DNA of 64,000 nt from positions 1 through 64,000 of the IMG/VR virus record IMGVR_UViG_3300028585_000021, one strand, 5' to 3'. Under the pieces are notes generated by a model. It did no database searches. It was not told the origin of the DNA and saw only the letters and a list, made by a program, of their open reading frames with translations. The position numbers and the translations under genes are program-made. Shown here one piece after another: positions 28,641-37,524 of the stretch (position 1 is its first letter; the number at the start of each line of letters is the position of its first letter). The DNA is from a virus.

Positions 28641-28662
28641 ATTCTAAATAAATTTTTAGATT
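28641..28662. promoter_or_regulatory. Palindromic operator-like site ATTCTAAA-N6-TTTAGATT upstream of rdgC-dmt (C1-operator-like)
   Basis: 8-6-8 inverted repeat (7/8). One half contains a TAGAAT -10 hexamer on the minus strand. It resembles the P1 C1 operator ATTGCTCTAATAAATTT as I recall it. Confidence 0.5.
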
Positions 28663-28673
28663 TAAGATAACCC

Positions 28674-29282
28674 TTACTGACTGAACTCGAATTGCGCCGC
28701 GGTTGCGCTGAACGCTCCGCCAGACTGGAACACGATTTTCCCGCCTATCTTAATAGTCAGATTGCCGCCGACGTCGATTACCAGATTGCCCGGTCCCAGC
28801 AGGTAAATATCCCCGCCCTCATTCATCCCGATCCGCGAACCGCTGGCCGTATTGGCAATCTCATACCCGCCACCAGCAGACCGGATCTCCAATAGGTTAT
28901 TGCGGTGCGACACAAAATCCGTAGTCGGATTCAGGGAAGGGCGCGCTGGCGCGCCATCCACAGCTGGCGGCTCATACCCGCCACCCTGTCCGGAGGCTTC
29001 AGGCGCGACACTTGGCACGCCGCCTGGTGCCGACTGCGCCGCGCCGGTTATCAGCGGGCGTCGGGTATCCGGATTGCCGCGGCCGTCTTTGTACGGGAAC
29101 TCTACCCATACCTGATCGCCCACGATACAAGGTACAAACGTGTTGCCGATCGGAAGCTGATACTCCGCCCAGGGGAGCGTATTTGCGTCCACGTCCGCCC
29201 ACTGCGGAGTAAGGCGGATCTGCGCCCGCATGTGTCCCAGCGGGTCTTTTGTGGCCGTGATAATGGCACGCTGCTTACTCAC
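28674..29282 (-). CDS. Baseplate central spike protein (gpV / gp5 OB-fold family)
   Basis: 202 aa. The N-terminus (LPWAEYQLPIGNTFVPCIVGDQVWVEFPYKDGRGNPDTRRPLITG) is typical of phage_base_V. The C-terminus has a Gly-rich beta-helix-like repeat. Confidence 0.7.
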   Translation of the reverse strand: MSKQRAIITATKDPLGHMRAQIRLTPQWADVDANTLPWAEYQLPIGNTFVPCIVGDQVWVEFPYKDGRGNPDTRRPLITGAAQSAPGGVPSVAPEASGQGGGYEPPAVDGAPARPSLNPTTDFVSHRNNLLEIRSAGGGYEIANTASGSRIGMNEGGDIYLLGPGNLVIDVGGNLTIKIGGKIVFQSGGAFSATAAQFEFSQ

Positions 29283-30268
29283 TGATTTGGTACTCCTAAA
29301 ATCATGCGCGTGGTGTAGCCAATCCGATCCTCATGGTGAATGACCGCAACGGCGATAAAGTTTTTCGGTAACGTTTCGTCTACTTGGTTTTCCGCGTCAT
29401 AGCGGTGGATCTGCACGCCAATAACCATGCCTGCGGTGACGTCCGCGTTGCCGCTGACCTCAATATCCAGTTTGGGAACGATCACCCGCGCCATGTTTGT
29501 CAGCGTTGCCACGTCGGCGTCAGAAATGTATTTGACCGGCTTCGTCTTATCGCCCACGGCTACGTAGCCCTCTGTCATGGAATAGCCGACATACTGATAG
29601 TCCCGGCAGCTGGTGGCGGCGGCATCCTGATTGATGTTGCTCAGCTTGCTGATCGTGTAAGCCGCCTGGGGGTTGTTAGCCTCATAGACAAATGCTGCCT
29701 TTGTGCCTATTAGCTTTGCCATGTCCTTCATGCAGAACTTACCGCGGGCGCACCACACCAGCGCGCCATGATCGTCAGCTATCTGGCGCAGCACGCTGGA
29801 CGGTTTCTCACCCATATTCAGGTGATAGGTCATCGCTTTGCGGAAGGCATCAGCCTCAATCGTCATTTTGCCCGCGAACTCTGCCATGACGTCACCCGGC
29901 TGGCGGTCGGCATACAACCGCACGCGAGCAGACGGGGTTTTGAGACGCTTCAGATCCGCTGACACGGCGATAATCCGCACCACGTCACCGCTGGCGGGCG
30001 CGGACGTCACGAAAAACGTCTCTGTGTACGCGCCGCGCTGCCCGGTCGGGTCGCCCAATTCTGCCACCAGCTCAGCGCCATACCGGGCGCCCATTTCGTC
30101 CACCAGCTTTCCGGCTGGATCGTGCGTCTCCAGTACCAGCAGCGGCGCAGTCAGCGACGTCTTCTCGATGTAAATCACGGACGTTATCCAGCTGCGCGGC
30201 ATTTCCGCGCCATTAAGCAGGACCGACTGCAGGAAGTACTGCATAGGCTTGTTTTGCTGATCAGCCAT
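29279..30268 (-). CDS. Putative baseplate hub protein (gpD / Mu gp44 position)
   Basis: 329-aa ORF immediately upstream of, and overlapping, the spike gene. The call is based on position. Confidence 0.4.
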   Translation of the reverse strand: MADQQNKPMQYFLQSVLLNGAEMPRSWITSVIYIEKTSLTAPLLVLETHDPAGKLVDEMGARYGAELVAELGDPTGQRGAYTETFFVTSAPASGDVVRIIAVSADLKRLKTPSARVRLYADRQPGDVMAEFAGKMTIEADAFRKAMTYHLNMGEKPSSVLRQIADDHGALVWCARGKFCMKDMAKLIGTKAAFVYEANNPQAAYTISKLSNINQDAAATSCRDYQYVGYSMTEGYVAVGDKTKPVKYISDADVATLTNMARVIVPKLDIEVSGNADVTAGMVIGVQIHRYDAENQVDETLPKNFIAVAVIHHEDRIGYTTRMILGVPNQ

Positions 30269-31038
30269 CAGTTGCCTCCCGGTGCCAGCTGGGTGTCATA
30301 GCGGACGCTCCGGGCATCAACTTCATGCGCGGTCAGCACATCCACCATGACAATCAGCGACGCCTGGCAGGCGTAAATCCGATCCTGGGTGAACGGCGGC
30401 GACATATCGCTGAACATGATGGTTTTGGCGTCCTGAATGCTGCAGTTGATCTCAACGGGCCAGTGGACCAGCTTTTCCTGCGCCGTGAAGTTAGTGGTGA
30501 GCCGGGAGCGGAAGTTAGCGGCCAGCGTGTTGCACATCAGCGACAGCGTATCTTTGTCACTGGCAATCAGCGTGATGGAGTAATTGAGCGAGGCCTGTGT
30601 AGCCTCAATCTGGGCCAGCGGCATATCGCCTTGTGACGGGTCGGTAAACTGGCCCAGGTTGCGGTCTATCTCCTGGTCGTTGTTGTCATAGGTGATATCA
30701 AACCCGCGAGACAGGTTGATCAGCGGCAGGGCGTCGCGGTTCAGGTCTGGCATATCCGACGCCTTCACGCTGCGGCGCCCGGCGCCCGCCTGGCGCACGG
30801 CGCGCAGAAAATCCATGACGTCATCAAACTTGCCGACGAATACACGATCTTCCGGCTTTCGCGCCAGAAATGAGCTATAGCGCTGCTCATGCTCCCGCGG
30901 CTTGGTTATGACGGCGCTGCTGAATACGTCATTCAGCGCCTTCGCTACGGCGGCGTCGGCGGCAGTAAAACCGGTACTCTCCACTTTTCCAGTGCGTGTA
31001 GTCACCCATTCACGGGTGCGGGAAAGCAGCTGATTCAT
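30268..31038 (-). CDS. Hypothetical morphogenesis protein
   Basis: 256-aa ORF, translationally coupled in the operon. Confidence 0.5.
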   Translation of the reverse strand: MNQLLSRTREWVTTRTGKVESTGFTAADAAVAKALNDVFSSAVITKPREHEQRYSSFLARKPEDRVFVGKFDDVMDFLRAVRQAGAGRRSVKASDMPDLNRDALPLINLSRGFDITYDNNDQEIDRNLGQFTDPSQGDMPLAQIEATQASLNYSITLIASDKDTLSLMCNTLAANFRSRLTTNFTAQEKLVHWPVEINCSIQDAKTIMFSDMSPPFTQDRIYACQASLIVMVDVLTAHEVDARSVRYDTQLAPGGN

Positions 31039-31820
31039 TCGATCCGTCCGTTGCTGGTGGTGTCAAAATTGCGGGCAGGAATGCAGTAGTAAAGCGATCC
31101 GACATTCTGCGTACCGAAGCCGTAAATGCGGTGAACGTACCACCAGCGGCGCGCCAGGTTGCCGCTGGCCATCTCTTCATTCCACTCAAGAATTGAGCCA
31201 ACCGGCACACCTTCGGCGGCGATGCGCAGGATCAGCACGTCGTCAGTCAATCCGTCCTGTTCGCCATCGGCATCGAGCACCTGGAAACTTTCGCGCTCGT
31301 CCGGACAATCCACCACCGTGACAATGACCGGATCAGCATCTTCATAGCTCAGGTGACGCTGGTTGTTGTTGAGCTCGGTAAACGACGGCTGTTCAAAGCC
31401 GGTTTCATCGTCCACCTCGCCAACGTCGCGCATGTCCGGCAGGTATAGCAGCGCCTGAAACGCGCTGTAATCGCTCTCAATCGCTTTAATCCAGTCGCGG
31501 CGAACCATGTTGTTAAACGATGCGTGGCCCTTATAGCGCGGCTTTAGCGTCGTGCTCTGTTCGCGTGCCGCGAGGGTGTCCGGGAGCGGGGCGCTCAGCG
31601 GGTCATGATCCTCACTGCTATTATTGTTAGCGTCATCAGGACCGCCAGCGGTATCGCCATCGGGTGACGTGGCGGCGGTCGGCGCGGCGGCGTCCAGATC
31701 GATAACAGCGCTGCTGCTATCCGGCGTATCGACGGCGGAAGAGGGTTGCTCAGATTCACTGCTGGTGGCCTCGTTGATCGTCGGTGGATTGTCGGTCAGA
31801 AATTCGTCATACCGTCCCAT
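31035..31820 (-). CDS. Hypothetical morphogenesis protein with an acidic, disordered N-terminus
   Basis: 261-aa ORF, coupled to its neighbours. The first roughly 90 aa are Ser/Asp/Ala/Pro-rich. Confidence 0.5.
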   Translation of the reverse strand: MGRYDEFLTDNPPTINEATSSESEQPSSAVDTPDSSSAVIDLDAAAPTAATSPDGDTAGGPDDANNNSSEDHDPLSAPLPDTLAAREQSTTLKPRYKGHASFNNMVRRDWIKAIESDYSAFQALLYLPDMRDVGEVDDETGFEQPSFTELNNNQRHLSYEDADPVIVTVVDCPDERESFQVLDADGEQDGLTDDVLILRIAAEGVPVGSILEWNEEMASGNLARRWWYVHRIYGFGTQNVGSLYYCIPARNFDTTSNGRIE

Positions 31821-33037
31821 TACTGATTACCTGCTTTTGTCTGGTTTTTTGCGTATTCAATAAACATCTTCTCGGCCTGGGCGCGGGGCGTGCCGCTCAG
31901 CACCAGGGCGTCAATAAACGTCTGGCGCTGGACCTTCGCCTGGTCTGCCAGCTGCTGACGCAGAAGGGCATTTTTGGCCTTTTCGTCCGCCAGCTGCGCC
32001 TGCTTCTTCGCGGCGCGGGTGCGCTGCGCTGCGGTCAGCTTCTTGGCACGGGTCAGCTGGCCGCGCAGTTTGTCGATCCGCCCGTCGTCGTTGTTCAGGC
32101 GCTTCGCCAGCGCGCCCATGCGCTTCTGATACTTCTCATGCTCACGCTTAACAGCGGCGACGTTCGTCTGTGAACTGCGGTTGCGGTTGAATTTCGCTTT
32201 GTCAGCGTCAGTGAAGTGCTCAGTGGTTTTGCGCGGATCGTCGCCATAGGCGTTGTTACTGGCGCTTTTATGCAGTGCCTGGCCGATGCGCACCTGCCAT
32301 GAGGCGGATTGCAGACGGGTGAAGGCATGAATGACGTGCTTACAGGCGACGCCTTTCAGGTTCGGGTTTTTCTCTTTGGGGTAGGCGTACTCTTTTGGCG
32401 GGGCAAGGGCGAAGTTGCCTGCCGTGGCGATGTAGCGATACCAGTACTGGTGACGGCCACAATCGCAATCAAAAGAGACGCGGCCAGCGCAGAGTCGCTT
32501 GGCAATTTTGGCTGCGCTGTCTTTGGCATCGGTAATTTCCTCTATCAGCTGATCCCACTCTTCAAAGCGGAATTTCACACGGTGATGCTTATCGAGCGAG
32601 GCGGCGGACGCCTCCACGCTGACGGTCAGGACGTTATGTTTAAGCGTCGTGGGCGTGGCGCGCTTAATGCCGCTTCCGTCGTCTACCCGGTTGTTGGCGC
32701 GCTTAATGTCGATCTGCTGACTACCGGCCACCAGCTGCGCATACGTGATACCGGCCTGTGAAGAATTGAACTGCTGGCGGGCGCCGGCGCGATTTGCTTC
32801 AAACCCTTTCAGATCCTCTTTCGTGAAGAACGTGCCGGACTTCTTTTTGCCCAGGGCAATAATGTCGTCCAGCGCCTTGTTCTTCAGGGTCAGCGGGTTG
32901 AGCGTGCGCCGCGCTATGCGCCGGGATTTACGGCGGTCTTTATCAATCTGGTCAAAGACGCGGGAGAACTCTTTGGAGGAAAGCCCTGCCGTGTCGTAGC
33001 GCCCGGACCGGGTGCGGGCAAACGGAGTATCAGCCAC
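31820..33037 (-). CDS. SWIM zinc-finger protein with a basic coiled-coil C-terminus
   Basis: 405 aa. The CxC...CxH pattern (FDCDCGRHQYWYRY....GVACKHVIHAF) is the SWIM signature. Confidence 0.55.
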   Translation of the reverse strand: MADTPFARTRSGRYDTAGLSSKEFSRVFDQIDKDRRKSRRIARRTLNPLTLKNKALDDIIALGKKKSGTFFTKEDLKGFEANRAGARQQFNSSQAGITYAQLVAGSQQIDIKRANNRVDDGSGIKRATPTTLKHNVLTVSVEASAASLDKHHRVKFRFEEWDQLIEEITDAKDSAAKIAKRLCAGRVSFDCDCGRHQYWYRYIATAGNFALAPPKEYAYPKEKNPNLKGVACKHVIHAFTRLQSASWQVRIGQALHKSASNNAYGDDPRKTTEHFTDADKAKFNRNRSSQTNVAAVKREHEKYQKRMGALAKRLNNDDGRIDKLRGQLTRAKKLTAAQRTRAAKKQAQLADEKAKNALLRQQLADQAKVQRQTFIDALVLSGTPRAQAEKMFIEYAKNQTKAGNQ

Positions 33038-33362
33038 TGATTAACTCCGGCTTGCCACCAGCAAAGTCGCGTATGCGTCCGCGCAGCCATGCCATATCCG
33101 GTAAAGAAAGCGTTTGGCCTGCTGGCAGCGGCTCCATTTCTGACTCTATTCCGCATAACAGACGGAACACCCAGCGCAGATCGTCATTACCTTCATAGGC
33201 GCGGTATGCCGCCAGGTCAGCGCGGAATATCTCGTCGAGACGGATGGTGTAGTCGCGGTTGTCTTCGTGGAATGAGGCGGATCGCTTGATCACTTCCTGA
33301 TGGAAGAGGCTGCGTAGCACCACGTCACTGATCGAGCGATCGTCGAGGCGGTTATAACTCAC
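33030..33362 (-). CDS. Hypothetical protein
   Basis: 110-aa ORF overlapping both neighbours by 4-8 nt. Confidence 0.5.
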   Translation of the reverse strand: MSYNRLDDRSISDVVLRSLFHQEVIKRSASFHEDNRDYTIRLDEIFRADLAAYRAYEGNDDLRWVFRLLCGIESEMEPLPAGQTLSLPDMAWLRGRIRDFAGGKPELISG

Positions 33363-34012
33363 AGGATACGTTCCTCGTCACTGATTCGCTTGCCGGTCAG
33401 CGACTCCGGCACGGCTTCAACGGCTTTGATTTTTTCATAGCCGATGATGCGTTTAAGCGAGTCCATTAGAGACGGCTCCGGCTCTGCGGTTGCGGCGGTC
33501 ATGGCGTTGATATAATCCGCCGACGCCACGTTGTTGTAACCCACGGCGAAGCAGCACAGGATGGTCAGCACCTGCTCCGGGCGAATCTCGCGCCAGTTGA
33601 TCCGGTAGACCTCTTCACCGCTGGCGTTGTACTCCACCTCAACGATGGAGTCGGGAATCTCAAATGCGCCCTTGTTCTCTGCTGGCAGCGCAATGTTGTC
33701 CTGCAGCAGGAGCTCGTTGTAACGCTCGATGCCAACAAGCACCGCTGCGCGCCCGTCGCTTCCCCGCGTTTTTAGTGAGATATGGTTGCCGCCTACTTCG
33801 TTGGCCACTTTGCCTGTGGCTTCATCCACCAGCACTTTAAAGCCCTGCTGACGCAGTGCCTCAACGAAGGGAGCAAGTTTGGCCAGCTGCTTTCGCATGC
33901 CCTTTGGCAGCGTCTGCGGCTTTGACATAACGAGTGTGTGATCTTCGTAAATGGCGGTGATCGCCATTGGCTGACTGGTTGAAAGGCTGATTACTGCAAT
34001 TTTCTGTTTCAC
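33359..34012 (-). CDS. Hypothetical protein (first gene of a late operon)
   Basis: 217-aa ORF. Late-promoter-like motif A5 lies upstream. Confidence 0.5.
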   Translation of the reverse strand: MKQKIAVISLSTSQPMAITAIYEDHTLVMSKPQTLPKGMRKQLAKLAPFVEALRQQGFKVLVDEATGKVANEVGGNHISLKTRGSDGRAAVLVGIERYNELLLQDNIALPAENKGAFEIPDSIVEVEYNASGEEVYRINWREIRPEQVLTILCCFAVGYNNVASADYINAMTAATAEPEPSLMDSLKRIIGYEKIKAVEAVPESLTGKRISDEERIL

Positions 34013-34148
34013 GTCTGTACCCCTGAAAAGGCGAAAGGCCGCATATAGCGGCCTCTCTGGCTTTTAACGTTCCCAACCGCGCGTTGCAGATTAGGTAAGT
34101 TGTCAAAAATTCCATCAGGGAACCGCTAACAGCTTGGGGCAACTGTAA

Positions 34149-34164
34149 GCGGTTTGTACTTTGC
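34149..34164 (-). promoter_or_regulatory. Late-operon promoter-like motif, copy A5 (plus-strand GCGGTTTGTACTTTGC)
   Basis: 16-mer identical to 20790-20805. It overlaps the 12-bp palindrome ACTTTGCAAAGT. Confidence 0.45.
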
Positions 34165-34174
34165 AAAGTTAGTG

Positions 34175-34933
34175 TCAATCAGTTTTTTCGCTAATTTTTT
34201 TTACATTCCGATCAATGTATTCGTGGATGCTATCAACAAATGCACGAATGTTAGCAATGCAAGAATTGACAAGAGCAAGGTCTATTCGAATTTCTTCGCC
34301 GTCGGTATTTTTCCCATTGCGATGAACAATGTCATGCCGCAGTGCCATTAGATCACGAATTATTTTATTATCATCACCGAACTCAGATGGGAATTTTTCA
34401 CCAATAATATCTGTGTAAACTTTCGAAACCTTATCCATATTATGATAAAGAACATGAGTTAGATGGCCCATTATCGCATTATCTAAAATGTCCTTTGGAT
34501 TTTTATCAAGTAGTATTGGAGCACTTATCTTTAGATTTTTAAGGTCATTTATCTCATTAATAGCATTACGTCTGAATGCCTCATATTGCATAGTTACAGA
34601 CTTTATCATTTCGCTCAGGCATGACTCCATCAGCGTTACGGCATAGGAGAAACGCATCTTTAGATAAATAATGCTATTACCCGTTCTCATCTCTGATACA
34701 CGCACTGACTCAAGCTCTTTAAGAAAATCTTTATATATTGCAGTATGTCTATGTTGTTTAGACCATTTAACATCCGTCAAATAGCTTTCCAGAGAACCAT
34801 AATCAGCACTTTGCAATACCAGCATGCCGCTCATCATAGATTCAGCACCAACAAACATGTCTTCAATCTCACTTTTCGTAAGCGGCTTATAATTTTTATT
34901 TTCTTCTTCATTGCTCATTCTATATTCCTTCAA
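34175..34933 (-). CDS. HEPN-domain protein (RiboL-PSP/Abi-like), candidate abortive-infection or defence RNase
   Basis: 252 aa, strikingly AT-rich compared with its neighbours. The C-terminal Rx4H motif (LMALRHDIVHRNG) is preceded by LYHNMDKVSKVY, a pattern I associate with RiboL-PSP-type HEPN domains. Confidence 0.5.
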   Translation of the reverse strand: MKEYRMSNEEENKNYKPLTKSEIEDMFVGAESMMSGMLVLQSADYGSLESYLTDVKWSKQHRHTAIYKDFLKELESVRVSEMRTGNSIIYLKMRFSYAVTLMESCLSEMIKSVTMQYEAFRRNAINEINDLKNLKISAPILLDKNPKDILDNAIMGHLTHVLYHNMDKVSKVYTDIIGEKFPSEFGDDNKIIRDLMALRHDIVHRNGKNTDGEEIRIDLALVNSCIANIRAFVDSIHEYIDRNVKKISEKTD

Positions 34934-34959
34934 ATTCCATTTATGGTTAATTCAGCCTG

Positions 34960-35640
34960 TCATATTGTAGACTGCTTAATCACGTTTTTAGGGAGTAAAT
35001 GAATTATGTCAGCCAAATTATAGGCTTTAACCATCAATTCCTGCTCAGTGCCGTTATGCCGGGTGAACTCTGCCTTGCCGCCTGTAATGCCGTCCGCATG
35101 CACTGGTACCAGCCATGGAAAATCTGCGCGAACGTTATCGGGCGCGGCGTGCTGGTGGTGATAAATGCAAAGGGGCAGCTGCAGCAGATGTGCGCCGGGT
35201 TTAGTCCGGCCCTCAATGTGATGCAGGCTGATTAGCAACGACTCTTTCCCGTGTTGCAGGCAGGCAATACAGGGTAGTTTACCCAGTGCATCCATAACAG
35301 CGCGCTCGGCTGCGGTCGGTGCGCGTCCTTTAAGGCCTCTTCCTGACGCGCTAGCGCGTGTTTGCCGCTTCGCTGGCAGTGGTGTTGGCTTTTTCTCTTT
35401 CAGGCGCTCAGAGGCGTTTATAGCTCGTTCCAGTGCTTTGGTTCTTTGCTCTGCGATCCACTCCGGAGAGTTACGCTTTTCAATCTGTCTGGCAATCATC
35501 CTGCTGCTGGTGGCTTTCTGCTTTGCATACTGCTGCTGGCGAAACTCCGGGTCTGCCAGTTTAGCTGCGTGTTTTTCACGTTGACGTTGCTGTGCTTTTG
35601 CCTGCTTCTCCCTTGCGGCCTGATAATCCATATTTTCCAT
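34960..35640 (-). CDS. ref: Ref-like HNH endonuclease (P1 recombination enhancement function family)
   Basis: 226 aa. A long basic/charged N-terminus is followed by a Cys/His-rich HNH core (LPCIACLQHG..LHHIEGR..LPLCIYHHQH). A C1-type operator pair lies upstream, as reported for P1 ref. Confidence 0.6.
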   Translation of the reverse strand: MENMDYQAAREKQAKAQQRQREKHAAKLADPEFRQQQYAKQKATSSRMIARQIEKRNSPEWIAEQRTKALERAINASERLKEKKPTPLPAKRQTRASASGRGLKGRAPTAAERAVMDALGKLPCIACLQHGKESLLISLHHIEGRTKPGAHLLQLPLCIYHHQHAAPDNVRADFPWLVPVHADGITGGKAEFTRHNGTEQELMVKAYNLADIIHLLPKNVIKQSTI

Positions 35641-35650
35641 GATTTAACCA

Positions 35651-35672
35651 AATCTAAATTATTTTTTAGATT
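35651..35672. promoter_or_regulatory. Perfect palindromic operator-like site AATCTAAA-N6-TTTAGATT between ref and the origin
   Basis: 8-6-8 inverted repeat with 8/8 matching. Each half carries a TAGATT -10-like hexamer facing outward. Confidence 0.5.
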
Positions 35673-35750
35673 GTTGATCACCTCCTGGATTCTGTAAAGC
35701 AATATGAAATTGTCCACTGGTAATAGAGACAGCCTAATCAGTTCGCAAAG

Positions 35751-35821
35751 TTATCCACTTATCCACTGAATAGATCATATAAATCGATCCTATATAGATC
35801 CTATTTAGATCAAAGAAGATC
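35751..35821 (+). other. Replication origin core: two tandem DnaA boxes plus five phased GATC sites
   Basis: TTATCCACTTATCCACT (35751-35767). GATC at 35773, 35786, 35797, 35808 and 35818 (10-13 bp spacing) in AT-rich DNA. This matches the P1 oriR layout. Confidence 0.75.
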
Positions 35822-35868
35822 ACTGATGCTGTAATTTTATGATTTTAAATGAAAATATCATGTTTTGC

Positions 35869-35972
35869 GTTGCTGGTTTCATGGTAAGCGTTGTTGGTTT
35901 CATGGTAAATGTTGCTGGATTCATGGTGAATGTTGTTGGTTTCATGGTAGGGTGTTGCTGGTTTCATGGTAG
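35869..35972 (+). repeat. incC-like iteron array: five direct 19-bp RepA iterons at 21-22 bp spacing
   Basis: GTTGYTGGWTTCATGGTRR x5, starting at 35869, 35890, 35911, 35932 and 35954, immediately upstream of repA. Confidence 0.9.
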
Positions 35973-36013
35973 GACAGCGAATTACCCACATTGACCGACA
36001 AAAGGTTCTTTCG

Positions 36014-36895
36014 ATGGAAAATGACGAAGAAATCAAGACGATAGGCGATGCTCTGGTGTACAGCGCTGAGCAGGAAGCTAAAAGTTATACACTGACGCCT
36101 ACAGCAAATCGGACTGTGCAGCCGATAGCGTTAATGCGTTTGGGTGTATTCGTGCCTGCCGTTCGCAATAAGCCTCAGCGTGGTAATGCTACTATTGATG
36201 CTTCTGAAGACTTCGGCCAGCTTGAGATAGCGAAAGCTGAGGGCTACACCAATATCATGATTAAGGGCAGCAGGCTTGATATGAGCACTGACTTTAAGAC
36301 GTGGATTGGTGCTATCCGGGCATTCAGCAAGTATGGCGCTGATAGCAACCGCATTAAGCTACCGTTTACCGAATTTGCAAAGCTCTGTGGGATTGCTGTC
36401 GATGATATCAACCAGCGTTCGCGTGATCGATTCTTCAATTCATTTCTAAGACTGGCTTCACTTGTTGTCTCGTTCAAAAACAAAGACGGTAGCAAAGCGA
36501 CGATAACGCACCTGCTTAATAGCGCCCATTTTGATACCGAGAAAGACATTATCACTCTGGAAGGGGATTCCCGGCTATGGGAGCTTTATGCCTTTGATCA
36601 CAAGGTATTACTCCAGCTAAAGGCTATCCAGGCATTGCCGCGTAAAGAGTCGGCCCAGGCGCTCTATGTTTACATCGAGAGCCTGCCTACCGGCTTCCTG
36701 CAGGTGTCGTTAGAGCGCCTTCGTGATCGCCTCAATCTGAACTCCACTATCAGCACACAGAACAACGTTGTCCGTAAAGCCATGAAAGAGCTGGCTGACA
36801 TTGGATACCTGTCGTTCACGGAAGTTAAGAAGAATGGCGTGGTCTACTTCCAAATTCATTCACGAAAGCCTGACCTCCTGCCAAACAAAGAATAA
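36014..36895 (+). CDS. repA: Plasmid replication initiator RepA (P1 RepA family)
   Basis: TVQPIALMRLGVFVP, FGQLEIAKAEGY, RLDMSTDFKTWIGAIRAFSKYG match P1 RepA as I recall it. Start set at the ATG after the last iteron (MENDEEIK), rather than the track start inside the iteron. Confidence 0.9.
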   Translation: MENDEEIKTIGDALVYSAEQEAKSYTLTPTANRTVQPIALMRLGVFVPAVRNKPQRGNATIDASEDFGQLEIAKAEGYTNIMIKGSRLDMSTDFKTWIGAIRAFSKYGADSNRIKLPFTEFAKLCGIAVDDINQRSRDRFFNSFLRLASLVVSFKNKDGSKATITHLLNSAHFDTEKDIITLEGDSRLWELYAFDHKVLLQLKAIQALPRKESAQALYVYIESLPTGFLQVSLERLRDRLNLNSTISTQNNVVRKAMKELADIGYLSFTEVKKNGVVYFQIHSRKPDLLPNKE

Positions 36896-36898
36896 TCA

Positions 36899-37343
36899 TT
36901 GCTGGTTTCATGGTAGACATTGTTGGTTTCATGGAAGTATTGCTGGAATACCGGCGATTAATGCTGGTGGCCGTTTAAATCAGAGTGTTTTTTACTCGAA
37001 AGCCGCCTGTTACCATGAAACCAACAACATTTACTGTGAGTTAGCCAACGATTTGCCATGAATCCAGCAATGCCAGCCATTGACTCACAAGCACTCACCA
37101 TGAAACCAGCAACCTCGCGATCACAGTAGCAATGCGAGACTATTGCCATAAAGAAAGCAGTGAATGAGTGCAGGTCAGGCTTAATGGTGTATGTTGCTGG
37201 GTTCATGGTGGTGTTGCTGGTTTCATGGTAAATCCACCAGCTACGGTAGGTGTTAGGCTGAATTTCCGATTCATAGAGGCTCTTTGCCATGAACAGAGCA
37301 ACATTGGCGGGTATGGCGTGCTGATTACCATGAATCTGACAAC
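36899..37343. repeat. incA-like iteron cluster: about 10 iterons in both orientations downstream of repA
   Basis: Forward copies at 36899, 36920, 37194 and 37214. Reverse copies (YACCATGAAACCARCAA) at 37011, 37055 and 37097. Degenerate copies at 36940, 37144, 37285 and 37327. Confidence 0.85.
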
Positions 37344-37357
37344 ATGGCGCACATGGC

Positions 37358-37383
37358 ATAAAAAAGCCGCCCGAAGGCGGCTT
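37358..37383 (-). terminator. Rho-independent terminator after the 45-aa ORF
   Basis: Minus strand reads AAGCCGCC-ttcg-GGCGGCTTTTTT, 4 nt after the stop. Confidence 0.7.
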
Positions 37384-37386
37384 GAT

Positions 37387-37524
37387 TTATTTGCCGTGAT
37401 TAACGGTGATCTGGGTATTGATGTTGGTCGTAACTGACCAGCCAGCATTACCAGAAGCCGCAACCACTCCTGCAAGTGCCAATAGTACTGGCACAGACAG
37501 GGAGACGATCTTTAATCGACTCAT
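37387..37524 (-). CDS. Small hydrophobic peptide (45 aa), candidate type I toxin or small exported peptide
   Basis: Not in the ORF track (under 60 aa). AGGAAAGG Shine-Dalgarno 6 nt before the ATG. MSRLKIVSLSVPVLLALAGVVAASGNAGWSVTTNINTQITVNHGK. A terminator follows directly. Confidence 0.45.
   Translation of the reverse strand: MSRLKIVSLSVPVLLALAGVVAASGNAGWSVTTNINTQITVNHGK

Noticed and set aside
35869-37343. Arrays of about 19-bp direct and inverted repeats that could be mistaken for a CRISPR array or a generic tandem repeat
   Set aside because: The repeats are separated by only 2-3 bp in the upstream array and occur in both orientations downstream. They flank a P1-type repA and sit next to DnaA boxes and GATC sites. 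They are RepA iterons (incC/incA), not CRISPR repeats, and no cas genes are present.
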